A stretch of DNA of 64,000 nt from Vicinamibacterales bacterium (GCA_023717525.1 JAMQPK010000021.1:612-64611); one strand, 5' to 3'. Positions 38,323 to 49,331 are shown, counted from the first letter of the stretch. A program made the numbers and translations. Notes: a model not told the origin generated them from the letters alone.

Positions 38323-39215
38323 CGATTCATCATGAACCCGTGATGACGCGCGAGGTTCTCGCGTTTCTTCAACCGGAGAAAGGCGGGGTGTTCCTGGACT
38401 GCACCGTCGGGTTGGGCGGTCATGCCCGGGCCATGCTGGAGGCCGGCGCCACGAGGGTGATCGGCCTCGATCGCGACCCGGCAGCCCTTGCCCTTGCCTC
38501 GCAGGCGCTCGCAGGATTCGGCGATCGGGTGGAGCTCGTGCACTCGGACTATCGGTCGTTCGAGTCTGTTCTTGATGCCAGAGGCATCCGCGCTATCGAC
38601 GGCGCGCTTGCCGACCTCGGCATGTCGTCGTATCAGCTCGAGGCCGAAGGCCGCGGGTTCAGTTTTCAGCGTGAAGACCCGCTCGACATGCGGATGGACA
38701 CCACCGCGGGTCCAACGGCTGCGGATTTGCTGAGCGGTGCCTCAGAGAGCGAGATCGCCGACGTCATCTACCAGTTCGGCGAAGAGCGGTTCTCGCGCCG
38801 TGTCGCCAGGGCGATTGTGGAAAACCGCGAAACGGCGGCCATCCGCACGACCGGACAGCTGGCGGCCATCGTGCGCCACGCGATTCCCCGTCGCGGCTTT
38901 TCGCGCATCGATCCGGCGACGCGCACGTTTCAAGCCCTGCGCATCTGGGTGAATCGCGAGCTCGAGGGACTTGATGATTTTCTCGGCAGGCTTGCCCGGC
39001 GCCTGAGTACCGGCGCCCGCATGGTGGTGTTGACGTTTCACTCGCTCGAAGATCGGATTGCCAAGCACGCGCTCCGGGCGTTGGCGCAACGGGAAGGCAC
39101 ACCGCTTCGGATCCTGACGAAAAAGCCGGTCGTTCCGCAGAACGACGAAGTCGATCGAAACCCACGGGCACGGAGCGCGAAACTGCGCGCGGTCGAATGC
39201 CTGATCGATCAGTGA
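38319..39215 (+). CDS. rsmH: 16S rRNA (cytosine1402-N4)-methyltransferase RsmH
   Basis: HEPVMTREVL, DCTVGLGGH, DLGMSSYQL and FHSLEDRIAK motifs. Confidence 0.95.
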   Translation: MTIHHEPVMTREVLAFLQPEKGGVFLDCTVGLGGHARAMLEAGATRVIGLDRDPAALALASQALAGFGDRVELVHSDYRSFESVLDARGIRAIDGALADLGMSSYQLEAEGRGFSFQREDPLDMRMDTTAGPTAADLLSGASESEIADVIYQFGEERFSRRVARAIVENRETAAIRTTGQLAAIVRHAIPRRGFSRIDPATRTFQALRIWVNRELEGLDDFLGRLARRLSTGARMVVLTFHSLEDRIAKHALRALAQREGTPLRILTKKPVVPQNDEVDRNPRARSAKLRAVECLIDQ

Positions 39216-39222
39216 GGACACC

Positions 39223-39660
39223 ATGGCTGAGGCGTTGAAAAACGAAACCTTTGAATACGCCATCAAGAAGGACGTGCGAAACAATCCCATCGTGCGCGAG
39301 GTGGACGAGCGCCGCGTCCGCGAGCAGTGGCACACGCTCGTCATCGTCGTTCTCTTCGTCGCCGTGGTCCTGTTCTCGGGGTGGCAGCGCGTCGAGCTTC
39401 TGCAGCACGGGTATCTGGCCGAACAGATGCAGGAGCAGCGTGGCCAGGAAGAAGAAACGAACCGCCACCTGCGCCTGGAGATTGAGACATTGAAGTCGCC
39501 GCAGCGCATCGAGCGGCTCGCGACCCAGAAACTGCATCTCGTGACGCCGGAGATCGGCGCCGCCGTCGTCATCGAACGCGTTGTTCCTCCCGATCCCCCT
39601 TCAGCATCGGTCGTCGCACGTGCCTCGGAGAAACCTGTTGAGCGGGCCCACTTCAGATAA
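39223..39660 (+). CDS. ftsL: Cell division protein FtsL-like
   Basis: Position between rsmH and ftsI. A single TM (LVIVVLFVAVVLF) is followed by a coiled-coil region. Confidence 0.7.
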   Translation: MAEALKNETFEYAIKKDVRNNPIVREVDERRVREQWHTLVIVVLFVAVVLFSGWQRVELLQHGYLAEQMQEQRGQEEETNRHLRLEIETLKSPQRIERLATQKLHLVTPEIGAAVVIERVVPPDPPSASVVARASEKPVERAHFR

Positions 39661-41653
39661 CTGGCGCGTCACGATTCGGCGCCGGCTGTTCTTCGCGGCC
39701 GCGTTGTTCGTGCTGTGGGCGACGGGCATTCAGGCCCGGCTCGTCTATCTGCAGGTGCACCGCCACGCCGATCTTGAAGCTCGCGCCGAAAACCAGTCGG
39801 CGCGCACGATTCCGGTGTCCGCCAAACGCGGCGACATCCTGGACCGTCACGGCCGGGTGCTTGCCTACAGCGTCGAGAGCGAATCGGTGTACGCGGTTCC
39901 GCCCGACATCGACGATCCGGCGAAGGCCGCTGCAGCTCTTTGCGGCGCCCTGGGCGACTGTTCGCCGAAAGACCGCGAGGCGCTTGTCACGAGACTTCGC
40001 CAGAAACGGGCGTTCGCCTACGTGCGGCGGCAGGTGTCACCGGAGCAGGCAAAGCGGATCGCCAATCTGAAGCTGAACGGCGTCGACTTCATGAAGGAAG
40101 ACCGTCGCTTTTACCCCAAGAGGGAGCTCGCAGCTCAGGTGCTTGGATTTGTCGGCGTCGAAAACAAAGGCCTCGCCGGCCTCGAGTCGGCCTACGACAG
40201 TCAGATCAGCGGCACGCAGGGCAAGATGCTCTACGAGCGGGACGCTCGCGGCCATCGTTTCAGCCGACTCGAGCGTCCTCCGACGGCGGGCGCGACCGTC
40301 GAGTTGACGATCGACGAGTACCTGCAGCATATCGCCGAGCGTGAGCTGCGAGATGCCGTCTCCCGGAACAGGGCCTCGGCCGGCACCGTCGTGGTGATGG
40401 ATCCGCACACAGGCGAAATTCTCGCGCTCGCCAACGAACCCACATTCAATCCGAATGTGTTTGCCGACTCGGAGCCGGAGCAGCGCCGCAATCGCGCCGT
40501 GCAGGATCTCTATGAGCCCGGGTCGACGTTCAAGGTCGTGACCGCCTCCGCGGCGCTCGAAGAGCACCTCTTCGGTGTCGATCAGATGATCGACGCGAGC
40601 GGCGGGCGCATCAAGATCGGATCGCGGGTCATTCCAGACACGCACGACTACGGTGTTCTCAGTTTCACCGACGTCATCGTCAAGTCCAGTAATGTGGGTG
40701 CGATTCGCATAGGGCTTCAGCTGGGAGCAGAGCGGCTGGGTCTCTACGCTCGCCGTTTTGGCTTCGGTCGCGCGCTCTCGCCAGATTTTCCAAGCGAGAC
40801 GGCCGGCATCCTGTGGGATCCGGCAAGGCTCGACACCAGTGCCCTCGCGTCGATGTCGATGGGCTATCAGGTTGGTGTGACGCCGCTCCAGATGGTGGCG
40901 GCCGTCAGCTCCGTTGCCAACGGCGGCCAGCTGATCCAGCCCCGCGTCGTCCGTGCGCTCATTCGCGAAGGGAAGAGACACGAAGTGAAGCCCACGGTGC
41001 TCGGAAGAACGATCGACGCCGAGACTTCGGCAACGCTCACGGGCATCATGGAGCAGGTGGTGGAGCGCGGTACCGCCACCTACGCTCAAATCGACGGCTA
41101 CACGATCGCCGGGAAGACCGGCACGGCACACAAACTGGTCAACGGCCGCTATTCGAACACCGACTATTTTGCGTCGTTCGTCGGGTTCCTTCCATCAAAA
41201 GATCCTGTCGTCGCCATCATCGTGGTGCTCGACTCACCACACGCGGTGGGGCATTTTGGCGGTCCGATCGCGGGGCCGGTGTTCCAGCGGATTGGCCAGG
41301 CGGCGTTGCGGCACTTCGGCGTGGCTCCGACTCTGAATGCCCCGTCTCCTGTGCTGGTGGCCAGACGCGGCATGCCTTCAGACGATCGACCAACCAACAT
41401 CGTTCGCGAAGCGACGATCGTTCCGGTCGGTGCCCCTGGTTCGGTTCAGGTGCTGCCGGATTTCCGCGGACTGAGTGCACGCGAAGTTGTGAGAACGCTG
41501 ACCAAGATGGGACTCTCCGTCCGGCTGCACGGCAGCGGTGTTGTCAGCGCTCAAGCTCCACCCGCAGGCACATCGATTGATTCGGGAAGAACATGCGACC
41601 TCTGGTTGGAGCGCGCCCCAGTCGCCGTTGCATCGCTGGCCCCTGAACAATGA
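39581..41653 (+). CDS. ftsI: Penicillin-binding protein (FtsI-type class B transpeptidase) with C-terminal PASTA domain
   Basis: TM anchor, dimerisation domain, and transpeptidase motifs STFK, SSN and KTGT. The C-terminal LPDFRGLSAREVVRTLTKMGLSVRLHGSGVVSAQAPPAG is PASTA-like. The start is uncertain (TTG 39581, or TTG 39638 with a smaller ftsL overlap). Confidence 0.9.
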   Translation: MFLPIPLQHRSSHVPRRNLLSGPTSDNWRVTIRRRLFFAAALFVLWATGIQARLVYLQVHRHADLEARAENQSARTIPVSAKRGDILDRHGRVLAYSVESESVYAVPPDIDDPAKAAAALCGALGDCSPKDREALVTRLRQKRAFAYVRRQVSPEQAKRIANLKLNGVDFMKEDRRFYPKRELAAQVLGFVGVENKGLAGLESAYDSQISGTQGKMLYERDARGHRFSRLERPPTAGATVELTIDEYLQHIAERELRDAVSRNRASAGTVVVMDPHTGEILALANEPTFNPNVFADSEPEQRRNRAVQDLYEPGSTFKVVTASAALEEHLFGVDQMIDASGGRIKIGSRVIPDTHDYGVLSFTDVIVKSSNVGAIRIGLQLGAERLGLYARRFGFGRALSPDFPSETAGILWDPARLDTSALASMSMGYQVGVTPLQMVAAVSSVANGGQLIQPRVVRALIREGKRHEVKPTVLGRTIDAETSATLTGIMEQVVERGTATYAQIDGYTIAGKTGTAHKLVNGRYSNTDYFASFVGFLPSKDPVVAIIVVLDSPHAVGHFGGPIAGPVFQRIGQAALRHFGVAPTLNAPSPVLVARRGMPSDDRPTNIVREATIVPVGAPGSVQVLPDFRGLSAREVVRTLTKMGLSVRLHGSGVVSAQAPPAGTSIDSGRTCDLWLERAPVAVASLAPEQ

Positions 41654-43146
41654 CCCTCGTTCAGCTGCTGCATTCTGTCGATCACCTTGCGCGGCCGCCG
41701 CTTACCCCGCAGGCTCTGCCGGCCGTCGATGTTCGCAGCCTGATGTACGACTCGCGGTTGGTCGAGAGCGGAGATCTCTTCATCGCGCTGAAAGGATTGA
41801 AAGCCGCAGGCGCCGACTTCGCGGTCGACGCCGTTTCGCGTGGCGCCGTTGCGGTTGTGGCAGAGCAACCTCCCGCACAGGGCGTGACCGTGCCGTGGGT
41901 TGTTGTGACGCATGCGCGGCAGGCCATGGCCGTGCTCGCCGACGAGATCTACGGCCATCCGAGCCGCGATATGCGCGTCGTCGGGATTACTGGCACCAAC
42001 GGAAAGACGACAACGGCGTATCTGCTGCGCGCCGTCTTCGAAGCTGCGGGCATCAAGACCGGGTTGCTCGGTACCGTGACGTATCTCGTTGGCGATCGAT
42101 CGATTCCGGCCTCGCGAACGACCCCGGAATCGCCGGACGTGCAACGCATGTTCCGCCTGATGGTCGAGAGCGGTTGCGGGGCGTGCGTGATGGAAGTCTC
42201 GTCGCACGCGCTCGCGCTGCAACGTGTCGACGAGACGCGATTTGCCGCTGGAGTGTTCACGAATCTCACGCGGGATCACCTCGACTATCACGGCGACATG
42301 GAGTCGTACTTCGCCGCCAAGCGGCGCTTGTTCGAAATTCTGCCGGAGGGCGCACCCAGCGTGATCAACCTCGACGATCCGAGGGGAGAAGCCCTTCGCC
42401 GTGTTGCCAGCCGCCCTGTCACGTACGCGGTCGACAAGCCGGCGGATGTGACCCCCGGTCCGTTGTCATTCAGCTGGAACGGACTCCAGTTTGATGTGCG
42501 AACACCACGTGGTCGCGTCCACGTGGCGTCCAAACTCGTCGGCCGTCCGAACGTGTCCAACATTCTCGCGACTGTCGCGGCAGCCACGGCCCTCGATCTG
42601 CCGCACGCGGCCATCGAGCGCGGCCTTGCGGAACTCGAAGGCGTACCCGGCCGGTTTCAGGTTGTCTCCGATTCGCGCGATCGGATGACGGTGATCGTCG
42701 ACTACGCGCACACCGACGATGCGCTGAAGAACCTGCTCGAGACGGCGCGGCCGCTCGCTCAGGGACGAGTCATCACGTTGTTCGGGTGTGGAGGCGATCG
42801 CGATCGCACGAAGCGCCCGCTGATGGGCGCTGTCGCCGCCCGGTTGAGTGACGTCATTGTCATCACATCGGACAACCCCCGCAGCGAGGATCCAGCGCGA
42901 ATCATCGACGAGATCAAGCGGGGGATTCAGACGCCGCAGGGACGGCAGGCCGTACCGATGTTTGCGATTGTCGATCGGTCGGAGGCAATCCAGTTCGCCA
43001 TAGAGACGGCGCAGCCGGGCGACCTGGTGCTTCTGGCAGGAAAGGGTCACGAGAAGACACAGGTGATCGACGGCCGCGAGTTGCCGTTCGACGAGGTCGC
43101 GATCGCCCGCGAGGCGCTCGAACGGTGCCGGAAGAACTCGAACTGA
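41650..43146 (+). CDS. murE: UDP-N-acetylmuramoyl-L-alanyl-D-glutamate--2,6-diaminopimelate ligase
   Basis: GITGTNGKTTT P-loop and the DNPR motif (ITSDNPRSEDP), which is typical of meso-DAP-adding MurE. Confidence 0.93.
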   Translation: MTLVQLLHSVDHLARPPLTPQALPAVDVRSLMYDSRLVESGDLFIALKGLKAAGADFAVDAVSRGAVAVVAEQPPAQGVTVPWVVVTHARQAMAVLADEIYGHPSRDMRVVGITGTNGKTTTAYLLRAVFEAAGIKTGLLGTVTYLVGDRSIPASRTTPESPDVQRMFRLMVESGCGACVMEVSSHALALQRVDETRFAAGVFTNLTRDHLDYHGDMESYFAAKRRLFEILPEGAPSVINLDDPRGEALRRVASRPVTYAVDKPADVTPGPLSFSWNGLQFDVRTPRGRVHVASKLVGRPNVSNILATVAAATALDLPHAAIERGLAELEGVPGRFQVVSDSRDRMTVIVDYAHTDDALKNLLETARPLAQGRVITLFGCGGDRDRTKRPLMGAVAARLSDVIVITSDNPRSEDPARIIDEIKRGIQTPQGRQAVPMFAIVDRSEAIQFAIETAQPGDLVLLAGKGHEKTQVIDGRELPFDEVAIAREALERCRKNSN

Positions 43147-44528
43147 CGCCGGCGGCGATTGCGGAGGCTGTCGGCGGCGAGCTGATGGGGCCCGGCGGAG
43201 AGCGGACCATCACCGGGTTCTCGTTCGACACCAGAACACTGGCACGTGGCGATCTGTTCTTCGCACTGCGCGGCATGCGGGATGGCAACACCTTCGTCAG
43301 GGACGCCGTCGCCGGTGGCGCCGCCGCGGCCGTTGTCAGTGACCGAGGACTGGCTGGTCAGGCTGATCTTGCCGCTACGTCCTTGATTGTTGTGAATGAC
43401 GCGCTCGACGCGCTGCAGCAACTGGGCAGACACGTGCGGCGCGCATCGGGTGCAGCCGTGGTGGCGGTGACGGGAAGCGCGGGAAAGTCGACGACAAAGG
43501 AGATGACGGCGGAGCTGTTGTCATCGCGCTATCGAGTGTTTAGGAACAAGGGGAACTTGAACAATCACATCGGGCTGCCGCTTTCGCTGCTCGAGCTCAG
43601 GCACGGACCAGACATTGGCGTTTTCGAACTTGGCATGAATCATTCCGGAGAGATCAGCGCGCTCGTCAAGATGGCTGAACCCGAGGTGCGTGTCTGGACG
43701 AACGTCGGACCGGCGCACCTGGAGTACTTCGGAACGGTCGACGCCATCGCGAGCGCAAAAGCAGAAATTCTGGAAGGCGCGAGATCGAGTGACGTGCTCG
43801 TCGCCAACGCCGACGACGAACGAGTGATGCGCCACGCCAGGACATTTGCCGGCCGCGTGACCACGTTCGGGCTCGAGCGTCCGGCCGATGTGCAGGCGTT
43901 GTCGGTACGCGATCTGGGCATCGACGGCACGGCAGCCAGGGTCCGCACGCCGGTTGGCGAGGCTGATGTCCGGACACCGCTGCCCGGCATTGCCAATCTT
44001 TCGAATCTGCTCGCGGCGACCGCGGTGGCGCTGCGTTTCGACGTCTCGCTGGCCGACGTCGTGGCGCGATCGGCCGGGTTGCGGCCAATGCCGCGCCGCG
44101 GGGAGATTACGCGGATCGGCGGCGTGACGATTATCGACGACTCGTACAACTCGAATCCGCGCGCATTGTCCAAGGCGCTGTCCACGGTCTCCGGGGAGAG
44201 ACGATGCTCACGTCGAGTCGCCGTCATCGGCGAAATGCTCGAGCTCGGCGAAGCGAGCGACGCTCTTCACCGGGAAGCGGGGGAGGAGGCCGGCCGCGCC
44301 GGTCTTGATGTGTTGATCGCCGTCGGCGGCCCTGCCGCGCGCGCGCTCGCAGAAGGAGCCGTGGGGAGCGGCATGAGCGGCGCGCACGTGCACTACGTGC
44401 CGAACAGCGCAGACGCCGCGGAACTTGCGGCATCGCTCGTCAAGCCAGGAGACCTGGTTCTCGTCAAAGGCTCCCGCGGCATTCGAACAGAGGTTGTGGT
44501 CGATCGCCTCAAGGCGGAGTTCGCCTGA
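43125..44528 (+). CDS. murF: UDP-N-acetylmuramoyl-tripeptide--D-alanyl-D-alanine ligase
   Basis: [14 protein letters not shown]-loop, the Mur ligase middle and C-terminal domains, and the expected position in the dcw order. Confidence 0.9.
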   Translation: MPEELELTPAAIAEAVGGELMGPGGERTITGFSFDTRTLARGDLFFALRGMRDGNTFVRDAVAGGAAAAVVSDRGLAGQADLAATSLIVVNDALDALQQLGRHVRRASGAAVVAVTGSAGKSTTKEMTAELLSSRYRVFRNKGNLNNHIGLPLSLLELRHGPDIGVFELGMNHSGEISALVKMAEPEVRVWTNVGPAHLEYFGTVDAIASAKAEILEGARSSDVLVANADDERVMRHARTFAGRVTTFGLERPADVQALSVRDLGIDGTAARVRTPVGEADVRTPLPGIANLSNLLAATAVALRFDVSLADVVARSAGLRPMPRRGEITRIGGVTIIDDSYNSNPRALSKALSTVSGERRCSRRVAVIGEMLELGEASDALHREAGEEAGRAGLDVLIAVGGPAARALAEGAVGSGMSGAHVHYVPNSADAAELAASLVKPGDLVLVKGSRGIRTEVVVDRLKAEFA

Positions 44529-45613
44529 TGCTCTACAACCTCCTCTACCCGTTTCACACGCAGCTGACGGTCCTGAACGTCATCCAGTACATCACCTTCA
44601 GGACGGCAGCGGCCAGCCTGACCGCGCTTGCGATCAGTCTGCTACTGGGGCCGTGGCTCATCCGCAAGCTGCGCGAATTTCAGATCGGCCAGGTCATCCG
44701 CCAGGAAGGCCCGTCATCGCACGCGCCCAAGGCCGGTACGCCGACGATGGGCGGGCTGTTGATTCTGACGGCCGCGCTCGTCCCAACGCTGCTTTGGGCC
44801 GACCTCAGGAACATCTACGTCTGGATGGCCGTGGTGTCGACCGCGGCGTTCGGCGCGATCGGGTTTGCCGACGACTATTTGAAAATCGTCAGGCGATCGC
44901 ATCATGGATTGCTTCCGCGCTACAAGCTGGCGTGCCAATTCGGCGTGGCGCTTATTGTCGGCCTCATTCTCATGGTGCTCGCCGATCACAACTTGTACTC
45001 GACGAGACTGATCTTCCCGTTTTTCAAGCGGCTCATTCCGGATCTCGGATGGTGGTACGTTCCCGTCGCCATCATCCTGCTCGTCGGCTGGTCGAATGCG
45101 GTGAACCTGACCGACGGACTCGACGGGTTGGCCATCAGCACGTTCGCCATCTCGGCCGCGACGTTCACGGCGCTGGCGTACGTCACCGGCCACCGCGTGC
45201 TCGCTCAGTACCTGCTGCTCGTCCACTTCGAGCCTGCGGCGGAGCTCACGATCTTCTGCGGAGCGCTCGTCGGCGCGAGCCTCGGATTTCTCTGGTACAA
45301 CTCGTACCCAGCGGATATCTTCATGGGCGATGTCGGATCGCTTGCGCTCGGCGGAGCATTGGCGACGGTCGCGATTCTCATCAAACAGGAGATTCTGCTG
45401 CACATCGTCGGCGGTGTCTTCGTGCTCGAAGCGGCATCGGTGATTATCCAGGTCGGGTCCTTCAAGCTGACCGGCAAGCGCGTGTTCAAGATGGCGCCGG
45501 TGCACCATCATTTCGAGTTGATCGGGTGGAGCGAGCCGAAGGTCATCGCGCGCTTCATCATCGTGGCAATCATCTTCGCGCTCTTCAGTCTGACGACGTT
45601 GAAGCTGCGATAG
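44528..45613 (+). CDS. mraY: Phospho-N-acetylmuramoyl-pentapeptide transferase
   Basis: [34 protein letters not shown] and APVHHHFE motifs. Confidence 0.95.
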   Translation: MLYNLLYPFHTQLTVLNVIQYITFRTAAASLTALAISLLLGPWLIRKLREFQIGQVIRQEGPSSHAPKAGTPTMGGLLILTAALVPTLLWADLRNIYVWMAVVSTAAFGAIGFADDYLKIVRRSHHGLLPRYKLACQFGVALIVGLILMVLADHNLYSTRLIFPFFKRLIPDLGWWYVPVAIILLVGWSNAVNLTDGLDGLAISTFAISAATFTALAYVTGHRVLAQYLLLVHFEPAAELTIFCGALVGASLGFLWYNSYPADIFMGDVGSLALGGALATVAILIKQEILLHIVGGVFVLEAASVIIQVGSFKLTGKRVFKMAPVHHHFELIGWSEPKVIARFIIVAIIFALFSLTTLKLR

Positions 45614-45628
45614 GCGAGGCACACTGGG

Positions 45629-46942
45629 ATGTTTTCGGTGGAACGGAAGACAGTGACGGTCGTGGGTGCGGCGCGCAGCGGCATCGCCGCCGCGCTGCTG
45701 CTCGTCGATCGCGGTGCGCGGGTCACGTTGACGGACACGCGGCCGTCCCTCGACGACGCGCAGGCAGATGCCCGGCTGAGAGGCGCCGGAGTGTCGCTCG
45801 AGTTCAATGGGCATCGTCCGGAAACGTTCATGTCGTGCGATCTGATTGTGCTGAGCCCGGGCGTTTCGCTGGAACAGCCGCAGGTCTCGGCGGCCCGGCG
45901 TGCCGGCGTTCCGGTGATCGGGGAGCTGGAGCTGGCGTCGCGCTGGCTCAGCGGGCGCATCGTCGCCATCACCGGCACGAAAGGCAAGTCGACGACGACA
46001 ACATTGACGGGCCGGATGTTCGTCGCCGGAGGACTGAAGGCGCTCGTGGGAGGCAACATCGGAACGCCGCTGAGCTCCCAGGTGGCGGACTCGACACCCG
46101 ACACATTTCATATCGTCGAGGCCAGCAGCTTTCAACTGGAGGCGACCGATACGTTCCACCCGTGGATTGCCGTGATGCTGAACATCTCACCGGATCACCT
46201 TGATCGTCATGCATCGTTCGCTGAATACGCCAGGGCGAAAGCGAAGATCTTCGCCAATCAGCACGAAGACGACTGGGCCGTCATCAACGCCGACGATCCG
46301 GAAACCCTTGCGATGGCGCGTCAGGGCCGCGCACGCACGATGACGTTCTCGGCCGAGCGACCGCTCGTGCCGCTGTCGTCGATTCGGTTGATAGGAAGGC
46401 ATCTGGTCGCCGACGTGATGGCCGCCGCGACCGTTGCGCAGATCGCCGGAGTGCCGCAGGACGCGATGGTTCGAGCCGTGGAGTCCTTCAGCGGGCTCGA
46501 GCACGCGCTCGAGCCCGTCGAAACCGTTCACGGAGTCCACTTCGTGAACGACTCGAAGGCGACGAACGTGGATGCAGCCAAGCGTGCGATCGAGAGCTTC
46601 GAGAAGGGGCTGGTCGTGATTATGGGCGGGCGCTTCAAAGGCGGCGATTTCCGGCTGCTGCGCGAGCCACTCGCGGCGAGACAGGCGACGGTCGTCGCCA
46701 TCGGCGAGGCGCAGTCGCTGATTCAGTCGACGTTCGAGGGAATGGTGCGCGTGGAAACGGCGGCGTCGCTGGCCGATGCGGTCCGCGTGGGCTACGTGCT
46801 GGCGCAGCCCGGTGGCACGGTGGTGTTGTCGCCGGCATGCGCCAGCTTCGACATGTTTCGCGACTATGCCGAGCGGGGTTCAACGTTCAAGCAGGAAGTG
46901 AGGAGGCTGGCAGAGGAAGCGAAAACATCGCGCGAGCAGTGA
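45629..46942 (+). CDS. murD: UDP-N-acetylmuramoylalanine--D-glutamate ligase
   Basis: VVGAARSGIAAA Rossmann-like N-terminus, ITGTKGKSTTT P-loop, and NDSKATN. Confidence 0.93.
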   Translation: MFSVERKTVTVVGAARSGIAAALLLVDRGARVTLTDTRPSLDDAQADARLRGAGVSLEFNGHRPETFMSCDLIVLSPGVSLEQPQVSAARRAGVPVIGELELASRWLSGRIVAITGTKGKSTTTTLTGRMFVAGGLKALVGGNIGTPLSSQVADSTPDTFHIVEASSFQLEATDTFHPWIAVMLNISPDHLDRHASFAEYARAKAKIFANQHEDDWAVINADDPETLAMARQGRARTMTFSAERPLVPLSSIRLIGRHLVADVMAAATVAQIAGVPQDAMVRAVESFSGLEHALEPVETVHGVHFVNDSKATNVDAAKRAIESFEKGLVVIMGGRFKGGDFRLLREPLAARQATVVAIGEAQSLIQSTFEGMVRVETAASLADAVRVGYVLAQPGGTVVLSPACASFDMFRDYAERGSTFKQEVRRLAEEAKTSREQ

Positions 46943-47055
46943 GCAGTCGTCAGTCGGCCTTGGCGGTAGAGAGCTGGCTGCTGGGAACACAGGCCGCCCC
47001 GGCCCGTGAAGCTGGTGTCTCAACCCTTGGGCTGACTGATGACTGCTGACTGCTC
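46934..47055. repeat. 26-nt inverted repeat of heptamer-like units (GAGCAGT...) flanking a 70-bp core inside the murD-ftsW spacer
   Basis: Left arm GAGCAGTGAGCAGTCGTCAGTCGGCC (46934-46959). The reverse complement of the right arm (47030-47055) matches it at 23 of 26 positions. Confidence 0.65.
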
Positions 47056-47126
47056 GCGCAGCACCGTGTGACTGATATGTCGGGACGAAGGCGCTTTTGC
47101 TTTAGTCCCGACCGAAGGCAGGGAGT

Positions 47127-48227
47127 ATGGCCCGAAAGCTGAAGTCCGACAAGGTACTGTTCATGGCGACGCTGCTGCTCGTTGGCGCGAGCGTCATCAT
47201 GGTGTACAGCGCTTCGGCCGTTCTCGCGCAGAACCGGTACAGCCAGCCGTATTTCTTCTTGATCAGGCAGGCCATGTGGGCGGCGCTCGGTCTAGCAGTG
47301 ATGAGCATCGCCATGCGGTTCGACTATCGGAACTACCGGGCGCCCTCGTTCATCTGGCTGTCGCTGGGCGGGGTCACGCTGGCACTGGTCGCCGTCCTGT
47401 TCAGCCGGCCGATTAACGGCAGCAGCCGATGGTTCGGGCTCGGCGGCATCGGTGTCCAGCCATCCGAGCTTGCAAAGTTGAGCGCCATCTTCTTCACCGC
47501 CGCCATCCTCGAGCGAAGAATGGATCGCATCGACGAAATTCCGTATGCGCTCGTTCCGATTGGGCTCGTGGTCGGCATGCTGGTCGGCCTGATTCTTCTC
47601 GAGCCCGATCTCGGGACGTCGATCACGCTGGTGCTCATCGCCGCGGCGATGGTCTTCGCCGCCGGCGTCAGCTACCGCTATGTCGTTGGCGTGCTGCTTG
47701 GTGGACTCCCGATCGCCTACCTGCTGGTCATGGGCTCGGCGTATCGACGCCGCAGGCTCATGGCGTTCTGGGATCCGTGGAGAGATCCGCTCGGCGACGG
47801 TTTTCAGGTGATTCAATCGCTGATCGCCGTCGGAGCCGGCGGCGTGACGGGACGAGGATTCATGGGCGGCGTGCAGAAGCTGTTCTATCTGCCAGAGCCA
47901 CACACCGATTTCATCTTCGCGGTGATCGGCGAAGAGCTCGGGCTCCTTGGCACGACCGTGATTCTGTTGTGCTTTCTGGCGATCGCGTGGCGCGGGTTTC
48001 AGATCGCCATGGACGCACCGGATCGTTTCGGATCGTTTCTCGCGGTCGGTCTCACCACGATGTTTGCGGCGCAGGCGTTCTTCAATATCAGCGTCGTCCT
48101 GGGACTGGTGCCGACCAAGGGGATTCCATTGCCGTTTGTGAGCGCCGGCGGTTCGTCGCTGCTCATCAGCCTGCTGGGCATGGGCATTCTGCTCAATGTG
48201 TCGCAGCATTCGGCGCCCGGATCGTGA
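47127..48227 (+). CDS. ftsW: Peptidoglycan glycosyltransferase FtsW (SEDS family)
   Basis: About 10 TM segments. Contains QPSELAKL, PEPHTDFIFAVIGEELG and LVPTKGIPLPFVSAGGSS. Confidence 0.9.
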   Translation: MARKLKSDKVLFMATLLLVGASVIMVYSASAVLAQNRYSQPYFFLIRQAMWAALGLAVMSIAMRFDYRNYRAPSFIWLSLGGVTLALVAVLFSRPINGSSRWFGLGGIGVQPSELAKLSAIFFTAAILERRMDRIDEIPYALVPIGLVVGMLVGLILLEPDLGTSITLVLIAAAMVFAAGVSYRYVVGVLLGGLPIAYLLVMGSAYRRRRLMAFWDPWRDPLGDGFQVIQSLIAVGAGGVTGRGFMGGVQKLFYLPEPHTDFIFAVIGEELGLLGTTVILLCFLAIAWRGFQIAMDAPDRFGSFLAVGLTTMFAAQAFFNISVVLGLVPTKGIPLPFVSAGGSSLLISLLGMGILLNVSQHSAPGS

Positions 48228-48242
48228 CGGTAGGAGGATTGT

Positions 48243-49331
48243 TTGCGCGTCGTGATTGCGGGAGGAGGCACGGGAGGCCACCTGTTTCCAGGTCTCGCCG
48301 TGGCCCGGGCGCTGAAGGCGCGGGTGCCGTCTTCGGAGATCTCATTCGCCGGGACCGCCAACGGTATCGAGGCTCGAGTGATTCCGCCGGCCGGATTCGA
48401 GCTGGACGTGATTCGCAGCGCGGGGTTGAAGGGCAAGTCTTTCGGCACGCTGGTTCGCGGTCTGGCGTTGCTGCCCCTGAGCGCGCTCGACGCATGGCGC
48501 CTGGTATCCCGCCGACGGCCCGATGTCGTGATCGGGGTAGGCGGGTACAGCTCTGGTCCGGTCGTCGCTGTTGCAGTGGCGCGCAGAATTCCTGCGCTGC
48601 TCATGGAGCAGAACGCGTTGCCTGGAGTGACGAATCGTCTACTGGCGCCGCTGGTGCAGTCGGCGGCGGTCACCTACGACGCGTCACTCGAGTACTTCGG
48701 GAAGAAGGCGTTCGTCAGCGGTAACCCGATTCGTCAGGAGTTCCTGCATGTCGATGATGTTGCGGTTCACGCAGACCTTGCCCGGGTCCTAGTCGTTGGC
48801 GGCTCTCAGGGTGCGCACGCAATTAATGTGGCCGTCGCGGAAGCGGCGCCACGACTGGCTGGGGGCGGCCATGCGCAGGCCGTCAGCATCGTGTGCCAGA
48901 CAGGGACGCGGGACTTCGATATGGTCAGCGAGGCCTTTCAACGCGGCGGTCTGCAGGGCCGCGTGGAGCGGTTCATCGATGCGATGGACCAAGAGGTGAA
49001 GGCGGCAGGACTGATTGTTTCGAGGGCAGGCGCGACGACGTTGGCGGAAATCACGGCGGCTGGAAGGCCGTCGATTCTGATCCCCTTGCCGACGGCGGCC
49101 GATGACCACCAGCGCAGGAACGCCGAAGCGCTGCAGGCTGTCGGGGCGGCCGAGGTGATCGAACAGAAGGATCTGACGGCCGAACGGCTCGCCAGCCGCA
49201 TCCTCGCTCTTGCGGGCGACGTCGAGGCGAGGAAGCGGATGTCGGCAGCGGCCAGGCGGCTGGCGAAACCGGACGCTGCGGAGCGGATTGTCGACGCCGT
49301 CATCGCTCTGGCCGAACGGCGTGTCTCATGA
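48243..49331 (+). CDS. murG: UDP-N-acetylglucosamine--N-acetylmuramyl-(pentapeptide) pyrophosphoryl-undecaprenol GlcNAc transferase
   Basis: The TTG start gives IAGGGTGGHLFPGLAVA. Also SRAGATTLAEI and QRRNAEAL. Confidence 0.93.
   Translation: MRVVIAGGGTGGHLFPGLAVARALKARVPSSEISFAGTANGIEARVIPPAGFELDVIRSAGLKGKSFGTLVRGLALLPLSALDAWRLVSRRRPDVVIGVGGYSSGPVVAVAVARRIPALLMEQNALPGVTNRLLAPLVQSAAVTYDASLEYFGKKAFVSGNPIRQEFLHVDDVAVHADLARVLVVGGSQGAHAINVAVAEAAPRLAGGGHAQAVSIVCQTGTRDFDMVSEAFQRGGLQGRVERFIDAMDQEVKAAGLIVSRAGATTLAEITAAGRPSILIPLPTAADDHQRRNAEALQAVGAAEVIEQKDLTAERLASRILALAGDVEARKRMSAAARRLAKPDAAERIVDAVIALAERRVS

Noticed and set aside
44425-46203. Long alternative-frame and antisense ORFs (592 aa on plus, 481 aa on minus) across mraY/murD
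   Set aside because: mraY and murD are unambiguous in their own frames. The alternatives are Arg/His/Pro-rich artefacts of high GC content.
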